Shown here: positions 8,507 through 17,013 of the stretch, piece by piece | Numbering within the stretch: position 1 is the first letter of the stretch | Layout of the letters: the number at the start of each line of letters is the position of its first letter | Assembly: GCA_963642055.1 (NCBI GenBank) | Contig: CAVIFQ010000005.1 | Coordinates: 9,633-73,632, forward strand | DNA: 64,000 nt | DNA from: Roseburia hominis | GTDB taxonomy: Bacteria; Bacillota_I; Bacilli_A; RFN20; CAG-826 | Direction: 5' to 3' | The notes under the pieces: model-generated | Database searches by the model: none | Told to the model about the DNA's origin: nothing | Seen by the model: only the letters and a program-made list of their open reading frames with translations | Translations under genes and position numbers: made by a program

Positions 8507-10081
8507 CTATATTTCAACGTACTCAATCTTCGAGCGATGCTTCAGACTCTTCGAGTCGTAAGCGATGCCTAGGAGCATCACTTTGCCGTGATATCCATTG
8601 AGCGTCGAGACGTAGTTCCTGTCCTTGATCTGCTTTATGGCCTCATCCGGAGAGTGATCGACTTTCAGCTCGATGATAATCGGGATATAGCCGGGCGCTC
8701 TCGGTGTGAAGAGCAGATCGGCCCTGCCCGTGGGGCAGTTCGGCTCTGGCGTGATCTTGTAGCATTTTTCCGCGTATTTGTACGAGATCCTGACGATCAC
8801 CGCGAGCACGCCCTCGTCGTTCTTGTTGAAGGGGGTCACGAGGTCGGCGTGGTTCTTGTCGAAGGTCTCGTCGATGTAGTCGGTGTTGCCTTTGAGGGTC
8901 TCCTCGAGGAGTTTCTTCGACTCCTGCATCGGGTTGTAGACGTCGGGCCAGGGGATATCCTGGATGGCGTTCACGATCTCGCCTTCTATCTCCTTGTTCG
9001 GGATGAAGCATTTTTTGCTCTCTTCCTCATACCCGAGATATCCAAGGTGTATGAGGACGGTGAGGGCGGCGTCTTTGCTATTCACATTCGTTAGATCGTT
9101 TCGGAACAGCTCGACGTTGACTGGCGCCTTCTCGCCGGCAAGCATCTTTATGATCTCGCCTTTGAGCGCCCCTCCGTCATAGTTCATGTATTCCTTGACT
9201 GGATCGATGTTGCCGGTCGATGTCCAGTAATTCCCGCACAGATGGTCCGTCAAAGCCTCGACGACCGATTTCGGGTTGTAGATCTCGATTCCACTTAGCC
9301 TATATCCATCGTACCAGCTCTTTATCTCGGAGAAATCCATACTCCACTTCTCGCATAGCTCTTTCACCTCTCCCTCGGTGAAGCCGAAGGAGTCGGGGAT
9401 ATCCCGAGGGTTCAGCATGTTGTATTCCTTGAAGTTGTTGAGGTCGGATTCGGAGGAATACCTCTTGATCGGGAGGATGCCGGTCATGTAGACAAGGTCG
9501 AGATAGGATTGGGCGTCGCTCGATTTGAAAAGGGCGCTGAGGAGTTTCATGTAGGAGTCGCAGAGTTCTTTATTGCTCGCCTCTTTCCTGAAAAGAACGT
9601 CCCATTCGTCGATGAGGAAGATGAAGCGCTCCCCGGTCTCGTTGTTTATCCTGCTAAGGCATTCCATAATCGTTTTCTGGTTGCTCGTCAATATGCCGGG
9701 GAAGGCCTCGTCTAGATCCGATCTCACGAATCGCACCAGCTTGTTCAGGAAGGCTCTGCCGCTTCTGGAGTCGTTATAGATCGATGCCATGTCGATCCAT
9801 ATCACGTTGTGCTTGTTGAGATGGCTCTCGAAAGAGGGGTCATCGTATATTTTGAGCCCTTTGAATAGTTCTTTGGAGGAGCAGCCTTTCGAGTAGTAGG
9901 CGTTGAGCATGGAGAGGGCCATGCTTTTGCCGAAGCGTCGGGGGCGCGTCACGCACATGAATCTCTTCGCTTTGCCGATGGAATCGTTCGTCGCCTTGAT
10001 GAGCATCGATTTGTCCACATAGATATCGTCATGGACGTTATCCGAGAACGTTTTATTGCCCTTGTTGAGAAAAATTGGCAT
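8507..10081 (-). CDS. AAA-ATPase_like (PF09820-type) N-terminal domain fused to a PD-(D/E)XK nuclease domain (PDDEXK_9/DUF1703-type)
   Basis: N-terminal motif FMCVTRPRRFGKSMALSMLNAYYSKG. C-terminal motif GRADLLFTPR...IIIELKVD...AIKQIKDRNY. The family assignment is from memory of these motifs. Confidence 0.7.
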   Translation of the reverse strand: MPIFLNKGNKTFSDNVHDDIYVDKSMLIKATNDSIGKAKRFMCVTRPRRFGKSMALSMLNAYYSKGCSSKELFKGLKIYDDPSFESHLNKHNVIWIDMASIYNDSRSGRAFLNKLVRFVRSDLDEAFPGILTSNQKTIMECLSRINNETGERFIFLIDEWDVLFRKEASNKELCDSYMKLLSALFKSSDAQSYLDLVYMTGILPIKRYSSESDLNNFKEYNMLNPRDIPDSFGFTEGEVKELCEKWSMDFSEIKSWYDGYRLSGIEIYNPKSVVEALTDHLCGNYWTSTGNIDPVKEYMNYDGGALKGEIIKMLAGEKAPVNVELFRNDLTNVNSKDAALTVLIHLGYLGYEEESKKCFIPNKEIEGEIVNAIQDIPWPDVYNPMQESKKLLEETLKGNTDYIDETFDKNHADLVTPFNKNDEGVLAVIVRISYKYAEKCYKITPEPNCPTGRADLLFTPRAPGYIPIIIELKVDHSPDEAIKQIKDRNYVSTLNGYHGKVMLLGIAYDSKSLKHRSKIEYVEI

Positions 10082-10128
10082 AAGTGTGCCCTCCTTTCCC
10101 TATATTGTAGCACATAAATCGGCCGCTC

Positions 10129-11319
10129 CTACGGCCTCCCTTTCCAGTCGGGCGAGAGCATCGCGCCACTCATCTCGTCCCATTTAAGGCTTCTGGCGGC
10201 CCGGACCACGTCTTTCGCGATCTCTTTGTTCGGGATGAAGCATTCTTTGCTCTTCTCGTCGTAACCTAGATAACCCAGGTAAATCAGCGTGGTCAAGGCC
10301 TCGTCTCTGTCATCGATCTCGTCGAGGCCGCCCCAGAACGAGCCGACGTCAACACGCAATCTCCCGCCGTCCATGAGCGCCTCGAAATCGCCTTTGAGCT
10401 CGCCGTTATTGAAATTCATGCACTGTGCGAGGGGATCGCGCGAGGCTGTGAATATCCAGCGCCCCTCGCACCTATCCTCAATGGCGTTGTTGACCGATAT
10501 CGGGTTGTAGATGGTTACACCATCCATCAGATAGGAGCCGAACCAGCATTTGATTTCGGAGAAGTCTCTGTCCCATTTGACGCATAGATCCTTGACCTCC
10601 TCTTCCGTGTAGCCGATGGACTCCCTTGTAACGGAAGGACGAGCGGCGCTGCAATCGATGAAATTGTTCAGCTCGCATCTGAGAGCGAATCTCTCGATAG
10701 GGAAGATGCCGGTCATGTAGACGAGGTCGATGCACCGAGAGACGTCGCCCGATTTGAAAAGGCTGCTCAAAAACCGCATGTAGGAATCGCAGAGGGCCTT
10801 GTTGGTGGGCTCTTTCCTGAAGAGCACGTCCCACTCGTCGATGAGGAAGACGAAGCGCTCCCCCTTGTTGCCAAGATCTTTAAGGGCAAGAGCAAGGGAA
10901 GATGACTCATCGGCGTCATGCTCGAGATGGGCGTCCGAAAAAGCTTCCTTGAGATCGAGATAGATGTACTTTTTGAGTTTTTTGACGAAGTCCTCACCTT
11001 CATCGAGCATGTTGTAGACCGATGCCATGTCGATCGATATCACGTTGTGTTTGTTGAGATGCTCTTCGAAAGAGGGATCATCGCATATCTTGAGGTTCTT
11101 GAACAGTTCCCTTGAATCGCAACCTTTCGAGTAGTAGGCGTTGAGCATCGAGAGAGCCATGCTCTTTCCGAAGCGTCTAGGCCGCGTCACGCACATGAAT
11201 TTGTCTGGAGTTCTGATGAGCTCATTGGTCTCCTTTATGAGCATCGATTTGTCTACGTAGATATCGTTTTTGAGGTTCTTGATGAACAGCGCGTTGTCTT
11301 GGTTTAGATAGAATGGCAT
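10129..11319 (-). CDS. truncated paralog of the upstream AAA-ATPase_like protein, lacking the PD-(D/E)XK domain
   Basis: Starts MPFYLNQDNALF...FMCVTRPRRFGKSMALSMLNAYYSKG and runs parallel to the neighbour as far as LGYLGYDEKSKECFIPNKEI, then ends. Start set at the ATG 8 nt after GGAGG; the track ORF adds 57 unrelated codons. Confidence 0.65.
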   Translation of the reverse strand: MPFYLNQDNALFIKNLKNDIYVDKSMLIKETNELIRTPDKFMCVTRPRRFGKSMALSMLNAYYSKGCDSRELFKNLKICDDPSFEEHLNKHNVISIDMASVYNMLDEGEDFVKKLKKYIYLDLKEAFSDAHLEHDADESSSLALALKDLGNKGERFVFLIDEWDVLFRKEPTNKALCDSYMRFLSSLFKSGDVSRCIDLVYMTGIFPIERFALRCELNNFIDCSAARPSVTRESIGYTEEEVKDLCVKWDRDFSEIKCWFGSYLMDGVTIYNPISVNNAIEDRCEGRWIFTASRDPLAQCMNFNNGELKGDFEALMDGGRLRVDVGSFWGGLDEIDDRDEALTTLIYLGYLGYDEKSKECFIPNKEIAKDVVRAARSLKWDEMSGAMLSPDWKGRP

Positions 11320-11475
11320 CGTTTCATCCTCCTGCCGACATTCTACCGCAGCAACCTCGCCTATAAGGCGGACATCTTTTGTCCGCTTTTGGGGGCAAAT
11401 GCTGCTTTTTTGGCTCGATAACCGCTGGAAGGGAGGAAGGAAATAATCACCTTCACCGATACTTATGGGCATATG

Positions 11476-11501
11476 AAAAACCCCTCGCAATTGGGCAAGG
11501 G
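11476..11501 (-). terminator. rho-independent terminator after the DegV gene
   Basis: On the minus strand: CCCTTGC-N6-GCGAGGG followed by GTTTTTC. Confidence 0.5.
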
Positions 11502-11525
11502 AGAATTCATGATCAAAGATGCTTT

Positions 11526-12374
11526 TTATTCGTGGTCGCCGTCATTGAAGTAGAGGATGCCAAGCGTCCCTGGGCCACAGTGGCAAGAGACGGTCCCGCC
11601 GGCGAAGGTTGGGTAAATCTCCTTGAATCCCTCTTTCTTGAGGCGCTCCACGCACCAAGAGACCGCTTCATCCGTCGCCGAGCTAAAGGTGATGAAAATG
11701 ATGGAATGATCGGGATTATTGTACTCTTTGAGCGTCTCTTCGACGTAGTCTTTGACCCATTTGTTCATCGGGCCGCGGAATTTCTTCCCCTGCCCCATCT
11801 TCCCGTCTTTGACGATGATCTGCGGGCGGATGTGGAGGAGATTCGCCCCGAGCGCCGCGAGACCGGAGCATCTTCCGCCTTTATAAAGGTAATTGACCGC
11901 TTCGATCGCAAAAGAAGCTTGATCAAAGGGGATTCTCTCTTTGACTTTCGTCACTATATCTTCTGGGCTCATCCCTTTATCGGCGAGCTTTTTGGCGTAT
12001 ATCGCTTGTAATGCCACGCCCGTAGAGAGGGTCCTTGAATCCACCACGTAGACGTTCTCGAATTTCTCGGAGGCTTTGACCGCGTTTTGGTAAGAGGCGG
12101 ACATATCGCTCGAGATGGTGAAATGGATGATGGCGTCATGATCCAAGAGGAGTTTTCTGAAATGCTCCTCGCTTTGGGCTTCATTGACCGCGCTCGTGCG
12201 CGCAAGTTTACCGGTTTTCGCGGTGTAGGCGAAAAGGTCCTTGCTAGTGACCTCGCCGTCATAATATTGCTCTTCGCCCATGATGATGGCGAAGGGGACG
12301 ACGTGGATATCGTATTTCTCTATGAGTTCCTTGGTCAAATCCAAGGAGGAATCGGAACTGATGGCTATTTTCAT
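11526..12374 (-). CDS. DegV family fatty-acid-binding protein
   Basis: 282 aa starting MKIAISSDSSLDLTKELIEKYDIHVVPF, typical of the DegV/EDD fold family. Confidence 0.85.
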   Translation of the reverse strand: MKIAISSDSSLDLTKELIEKYDIHVVPFAIIMGEEQYYDGEVTSKDLFAYTAKTGKLARTSAVNEAQSEEHFRKLLLDHDAIIHFTISSDMSASYQNAVKASEKFENVYVVDSRTLSTGVALQAIYAKKLADKGMSPEDIVTKVKERIPFDQASFAIEAVNYLYKGGRCSGLAALGANLLHIRPQIIVKDGKMGQGKKFRGPMNKWVKDYVEETLKEYNNPDHSIIFITFSSATDEAVSWCVERLKKEGFKEIYPTFAGGTVSCHCGPGTLGILYFNDGDHE

Positions 12375-12499
12375 TTGTTGTTCGCTCTTTTCTTTGCAGT
12401 CGACATTTTACTAGCCTCTCCTCTATCTTTCCACAAAGACGGAAATCACCGCCGAATTATGGCGGGCACTCTATAATAAGGAAAAAGGAGATAGACATC

Positions 12500-13012
12500 A
12501 TGAATACCCTTGATTGCATTGCGGCGCGAAGAAGCATCCGCGCCTATTCGAAAAGCGAAATGAAGGAAGAGGATATAAAGAAGATCCTCAAAGCGGGATT
12601 TGAAGCCCCGAGCGCGATGAATTACCGGCCGTATGAATTCATCGTCAATACCGATAATGCGTTCTGGAAGGACTATACGAAAGAAAAACCGACCTGCGCG
12701 ACGGCCGCCACCGCTTCTCTCACCGTCTTAATCGTCGGCGATAGCAACAAAAACCCAACCCAAGAATTCCTCATCGAGGATTGCTCCGCCATCACGGAGA
12801 ATATGCTTCTTGCCGCCACTGAGCTAGGCTACGGCTCCTTATGGGCTGGCATCAGATTCGGGAGCGACTTCCAAAAGAGACTCATCGCCGATTTCGCTTT
12901 GCCAAACGGCTATCTACCGATCGCTTTGCTGATCTTTGGGAAAGGTGCCGAGAAGAAAGGGCCCACCGATAGATACGAAGAGGCGAAGGTCCATTACGGG
13001 CGCAAATTCTAG
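12500..13012 (+). CDS. nitroreductase family protein
   Basis: 170 aa with TLDCIAARRSIRAY...EAPSAMNYRPYEF...YGSLWAG, characteristic of the NAD(P)H-flavin nitroreductase fold. GGAG RBS upstream. Confidence 0.8.
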   Translation: MNTLDCIAARRSIRAYSKSEMKEEDIKKILKAGFEAPSAMNYRPYEFIVNTDNAFWKDYTKEKPTCATAATASLTVLIVGDSNKNPTQEFLIEDCSAITENMLLAATELGYGSLWAGIRFGSDFQKRLIADFALPNGYLPIALLIFGKGAEKKGPTDRYEEAKVHYGRKF

Positions 13013-13024
13013 GGATTTAGGAAT

Positions 13025-14386
13025 TTACAAGCAGAAAGTCATGTAGACGGGAAGAGCGATCGTCCCGTCTATTTTTACGCTGAGGTTTTTCGGGTGAATG
13101 ATATAGCTAGCCATGATTCGATCCTTGAACTTGGCTTTAAAAGCATCGAGGGAGCTCGTTTTGTATGATTTCCCCGATTTGACCTCGATCGGGATGAGTT
13201 TTTTCGATACTTTGCTCCCGGAAGTCAAAAGAAAATCGATTTCGATGTCGTTCCGGTGCTTCTCGGGGGAATATTGGGTATAAAAATAGAGCTTGTAGCC
13301 ATTCGCGACGAGGGATTGAGCGACGACGTTCTCGAAAAACATGCCCTTGTTTATCGATAGTTTCCCAGATAAGAGCTCCTTGTGGTAAAGAGGGTCCGCC
13401 TTCTCGCCGTCGGAGAGAGAATGCGTCAAAAGAAGGCCGGTATCGCCCATGTAGCATTTGATGTAGTTCCTTTTCTCGTTGAGCGAGAGGCCGAAATTCG
13501 GATCGGCGCACATGAAGCATTCGTTGCAGATGAGTGAATCGGCGAGCCAAAAGAAAGTCTCTTCGTAAGCGATGGCTGTATCTTCTTCCCTGATCGATTT
13601 TATCCTGACCCTTTTCTCGTGCTGGGAGAGAAAAGAGGGCAACTGATCGAAAATGGAAAGGACTTTCGCTTTATATGAGCGATCGATTTTGCCGATATCG
13701 TCCCGATAAGCGTCCAAAATATCCCTTTTCTCACTCTCGCATGCCTCGAATTGCTTGTTGTTGGCGATGAACTCATCGACGGCTTTGGGCATCCCGCCGA
13801 CCAGCATATACTGCTTGAACAAGAACATCGCTCTTTTGTGAAGCGGGTCAAGCAATGGCTCTTTTTTGTTGAAGCAGTCCTTGATGTAGTCGGTTAATCC
13901 CTTTTCGTTCAGCGCCCAGGCGAATTCCTCGAAATCCATCGGATACATCCTGAGTTTTCTCTCTTCGGAGGGGATTAGGATATTTTTCGTGTTCTCTTTT
14001 ATCGAGATGAGAGAACCAGTCTCTATATAGTCGTAACGGCCATCTTTGACTAAATGCTTGATTGCCTCTCGCGCCCTCGGGAATGATTGGACCTCATCAA
14101 AGATAAGAAGGGATTCCCGAGGATACAAGGTTGTCTGATATTCCACCGAGAGGATCATGAAAAGGGAATCCAAGGAATCGAGCATATCGAGGAAGGCGTT
14201 TTTGATGGACGGCTTAGCCTTCGAGAAATCGATCAGGATATAGCTTCTGTAATTCTCTTTCGCAAACTGCTCAACGATGGTCGATTTGCCAATGCGCCTA
14301 GCCCCCTCTATCAAGATAGCTTTCTTCCCTTGGCACTCCTTTTTCCATTCGAGCAGTTTATCGTATACCTTTCTTTTGAAAATCAT
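13025..14386 (-). CDS. AAA_14 ATPase with DUF4143 C-terminal domain
   Basis: Walker A is GARRIGKST and Walker B-like is LLIFDEVQ. The architecture is typical of the widespread 'ATP-binding protein' family of unknown function. Confidence 0.75.
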   Translation of the reverse strand: MIFKRKVYDKLLEWKKECQGKKAILIEGARRIGKSTIVEQFAKENYRSYILIDFSKAKPSIKNAFLDMLDSLDSLFMILSVEYQTTLYPRESLLIFDEVQSFPRAREAIKHLVKDGRYDYIETGSLISIKENTKNILIPSEERKLRMYPMDFEEFAWALNEKGLTDYIKDCFNKKEPLLDPLHKRAMFLFKQYMLVGGMPKAVDEFIANNKQFEACESEKRDILDAYRDDIGKIDRSYKAKVLSIFDQLPSFLSQHEKRVRIKSIREEDTAIAYEETFFWLADSLICNECFMCADPNFGLSLNEKRNYIKCYMGDTGLLLTHSLSDGEKADPLYHKELLSGKLSINKGMFFENVVAQSLVANGYKLYFYTQYSPEKHRNDIEIDFLLTSGSKVSKKLIPIEVKSGKSYKTSSLDAFKAKFKDRIMASYIIHPKNLSVKIDGTIALPVYMTFCL

Positions 14387-14432
14387 GCGATATTACCTCT
14401 CTTTTTCATATGTAATTTAACGTATTTTAGTA

Positions 14433-14528
14433 AAAAGCGCAATCATCGAAAAGGCGATTTTGCCGGAAAAGCGCAATCATCGAAATGGCTATTTTGCCGG
14501 AAAAGCGCAATCACCGATATACCGATAT
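14433..14528. repeat. 34-bp tandem repeat x2.5, then CCGATAT x2
   Basis: aaaagcgcaatcatcgaaaaggcgattttgccgg is followed by aaaagcgcaatcatcgaaatggctattttgccgg and then aaaagcgcaatcaccgatataccgatat. It starts 47 nt upstream of the ATPase ATG (14386) and lies in the divergent spacer to the XRE gene. Confidence 0.9.
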
Positions 14529-14705
14529 GAGTAAAAAAAACGCCATTATAAAGAGATGAAATTGAGTCAAAAAATCGGATGGATTTTGATGATAAAACAC
14601 CCATTTTCAGGGTCGTCCATCTTCCGCTTGTATATAGGATAGGAAAGTGTTTTAATTTGGCCTCAGGCGAATTTTGCAAGTAATAGAACAGGGGGTGATT
14701 TTTCT

Positions 14706-15098
14706 ATGAATCGAGCAACTTTCATCGACAAAAGAAGGATTGGGGAATCCATCAAATCCCTGCGCAGAAAGAAGAGGCTCACCCAAGCTGATTTAGCGGA
14801 ACGCACTGGTTATAGCGTCCGCACCTTGCGCCGGATCGAGAAGGAGGGCACGGATAACCTCTCGATCATCCTCGTCTTCGCGGAAGCATTAAAAGTCTCT
14901 CCGCTCGACATCCTGAAAGGATGTTTTCTTTTTATACGGAAAAAAGCACTGGCGGGTTTCCCCGTGCAGCGCTTACTCCCATCTGTTATTCATGCACGTT
15001 CACGCCAGGCTGAGCCTATAAGAGCTACCCATAAGCTTCTGGAATGGGCTTTCGCCGCAACAACGGAAGGAACTCGATTATCCTTCAACTTTCAGTGA
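14706..15098 (+). CDS. XRE-family helix-turn-helix regulator; only the first ~72 aa are HTH-like
   Basis: LRRKKRLTQADLAERTGYSVRTLRRIEKEG...FAEALKVSPLDIL is a classic HTH_3 domain. The remaining 58 aa have no recognisable character and run antisense to the structured-RNA candidate. Confidence 0.65.
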   Translation: MNRATFIDKRRIGESIKSLRRKKRLTQADLAERTGYSVRTLRRIEKEGTDNLSIILVFAEALKVSPLDILKGCFLFIRKKALAGFPVQRLLPSVIHARSRQAEPIRATHKLLEWAFAATTEGTRLSFNFQ

Positions 15099-15473
15099 GC
15101 TTCAGCTATTCTTTTGGGGCCATTTTCAGTAGCCAATGACTCCGGCTTTCACCTACTCGCACCCGTCAAAGCAGTTATAGGGGGTTTCCCCTCATCAAGC
15201 CGCGCACTTCCTTTGGGAACGCAGATGCGCTTTTCCCAGAAGCGCATCATCTCGTGGGACATATTTCTATGGAGCCTCTTCTCGTGCCTGCTCGGACGGT
15301 CATTTACATAAAGAAGCGCGCTGCGCCATTAGCCAAAGCGGTCTTTTGATCCCGGGTACCTAATAGGTCTTGATCGCGAGATGATATCTCATCACGTCCT
15401 CTCTCTTGGTTACGCCCCAGCCATCAAGCAAGATGACTTCACTGGGTTCCAATGCCACTCTCCGAAGAGAGCA
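14940..15473 (-). ncRNA. candidate large structured non-coding RNA (~530 nt), family unassigned
   Basis: No minus-strand ORF of 60 aa or more. It starts after an extended -10 (TGTATAAT) and ends at a GAAA-capped hairpin plus T6. Many hairpins are capped by UUCG, GAAA or GAUA loops when read on the minus strand only. Confidence 0.35.
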
Positions 15474-15479
15474 AGATGG

Positions 15480-15487
15480 ATTATACA
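15480..15487 (-). promoter_or_regulatory. extended -10 element TGTATAAT
   Basis: A perfect TGnTATAAT on the minus strand, directly after the upstream gene's terminator. No strong -35 is present. Confidence 0.4.
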
Positions 15488-15491
15488 GACG

Positions 15492-15533
15492 AAAAAGATA
15501 AAAGCGTGAGGACAGAAATTGTCCGCTTTTTTC
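15492..15533. terminator. bidirectional rho-independent terminator
   Basis: AAAAAGATAAAAGCG(TGA)GGACA-GAAAT-TGTCC-GC-TTTTTT: the hairpin is flanked by an A-rich run and a T run. It lies 3' of the DUF4143 ATPase gene. Confidence 0.55.
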
Positions 15534-15539
15534 TACTTA

Positions 15540-16727
15540 TTACCTCGAGAGCCAATCGGCGATATCGATGATTCTGATGCCTTTATAGTCGTATTCCGGA
15601 TGGGAGGTTCTCGCTAAAAGGATGCGCGGATAGAGGTCTTTGATTTTTAGAAGTGGGTCCACTTCTCTCGCGAAGGTCTCTTCGCCTGATATATCATCGG
15701 AGACCTGAATGTAGATTCTCTCGTCTCTTTTTAGGGCCACGAAGTCGATTTCCTTTTTATAGAGCATCCCCACGTAGACCTCATACCCTCTTCGTAGTAA
15801 CTCAATGGCCACGATATTCTCGTAAACTCGCCCATAATCCATATTTCTGATGCCTAGAGTAGCGTATTTCAAGGAATGGTCGCAGAGATAGTATTTGTCA
15901 GAGGAGGTGAGATACTTCCTTCCCGCGAGGTCGTAACGCTTGATTTTATAGAAGAGGAAGGATTGGCATAGACTCTCAATATAGGAGCCGACGGTCTTAT
16001 CGTTCGTCTTCATCACGTTGCTACTCAAAACTTTCCTGATATTGCTGATGGAAGTAAGACTTGCGATATTATCGATCAAAAACGAAGAAATCTTCCTCAA
16101 TAGAACCTGATTCCTGATCCGTTTTCTCTTGATCAGATCCCTCTGGATGATCGTTTCATAAACCGTCGAGATATAGTCGTATTTCCTCTTTTCATTAGGA
16201 TATAGGTAGGAGCCAGGAAATCCCCCTTCATTGACGTAACGATCAAAGGAGAAGGAAGAAGGGGTAAGCTCATGGTAATTCATGAATTCCTTGTAGGAAA
16301 AAGGGAAAACCTTTATCTCGATCGCTCTACCCGTGAAAAGGGTCGCGAGGTCGCTGCTCAATAAAAACGCGTTTGAGCCCGTGAGGTATATATCGTAATT
16401 GCCCGTGGAGTGAAGGCTATTTATCGCCTTCTCGAAGTTCTCGCATAGCTCAACTTCGTCGATGAGCAGGAAATTCTCGCTCCCCTCTTTGTATCGCGAG
16501 ACGATGTATTCATATAATTTGTGGTAATCCTGCAGCTCCTCAAATTCGATTTTGTTGAAATCGATGCAGATGAGATTCGCATCTTGACGATTCTTCACGA
16601 GATACTCGAAAAACGATTCCATGAGAATCGATTTCCCTGAGCGTCGGACGCCCGTGATGACTTTGATATCCGGCGTCCCCATGAGTTCGATTAGTTCATT
16701 CAAATAAGGCCTTTCGATTATTTTCAT
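15540..16727 (-). CDS. AAA_14 ATPase with DUF4143 C-terminal domain (second paralog)
   Basis: Walker A is GVRRSGKS and Walker B-like is FLLIDEVE. Start set at the second ATG (8 nt after GGAGG); the track ORF starts 2 codons earlier. Confidence 0.75.
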   Translation of the reverse strand: MKIIERPYLNELIELMGTPDIKVITGVRRSGKSILMESFFEYLVKNRQDANLICIDFNKIEFEELQDYHKLYEYIVSRYKEGSENFLLIDEVELCENFEKAINSLHSTGNYDIYLTGSNAFLLSSDLATLFTGRAIEIKVFPFSYKEFMNYHELTPSSFSFDRYVNEGGFPGSYLYPNEKRKYDYISTVYETIIQRDLIKRKRIRNQVLLRKISSFLIDNIASLTSISNIRKVLSSNVMKTNDKTVGSYIESLCQSFLFYKIKRYDLAGRKYLTSSDKYYLCDHSLKYATLGIRNMDYGRVYENIVAIELLRRGYEVYVGMLYKKEIDFVALKRDERIYIQVSDDISGEETFAREVDPLLKIKDLYPRILLARTSHPEYDYKGIRIIDIADWLSR

Positions 16728-16767
16728 CCTCATATCCTCCTTTTTTCCTTAGAAGAGCGAATCAGCA

Positions 16768-16920
16768 TTCATTTTCTTGAACTATTTTTGATGTTTTATT
16801 TCACGATTTCAATAATTTTTCATTTTCTTGAAGTTTGTTCACTACTTTATTTCAATATTTTGAATATTTTTCATTTTATTGAAGTTTATAAAGCGTTTTA
16901 CTTCAAAAAAATGAATGTTT
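16768..16920. repeat. 51-bp tandem repeat x3 built around TTCATTTTCTTGAA
   Basis: TTCATTTT(C/A)TTGAA occurs at 16768, 16819 and 16870, giving an exact 51-bp period. An inverted partial copy, cttcaaaaaaatgaa, lies at ~16901. The array starts 41 nt upstream of the ATPase ATG. Confidence 0.85.
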
Positions 16921-17013
16921 TTTGCCTCTTGAGACGGGCCTTCAAGGTCGTAAGGCTGACTACTGCCGTCTCAAATCTTGCACGCAAGGAAATGCCGAAT
17001 GAACGTCAGGCAA

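Noticed and set aside
8588-9094. Long antisense or shadow ORFs: 8588-9094+, 11379-12011+, 19492-20253+, 23736-24338-, 29156-29689-, 31824-32477+, 32808-33587+, 56803-57393+ and 60383-60883+
   Set aside because: Each lies entirely inside a longer ORF with strong family motifs on the other strand or frame. Their translations are low-complexity or Arg/Ser/Leu-rich, as expected for non-coding frames.
14940-15207. Group II intron: minus-strand GUGCG at 15207 followed by GNRA-rich helices
   Set aside because: I found no convincing domain V; the 3' hairpin AGCGCUGCACGGGGAAACCCGCCAGUGC does not fold into the 34-nt AGC-bulge-GNRA consensus. There is no intron-encoded reverse transcriptase, and only ~270 nt are available. 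At most this is a 5' fragment, so it is kept only as an alternative within the ncRNA finding.
14940-15473. Identity as RNase P RNA, tmRNA, SRP RNA or 6S RNA
   Set aside because: No GAGGAAAGUCC or ACAGAA..GGCUUA P4 motifs on either strand. No tRNA-like GGGG...UCCACCA ends or tag reading frame. No SRP domain IV motif. The size is also wrong for 6S or 4.5S RNA.
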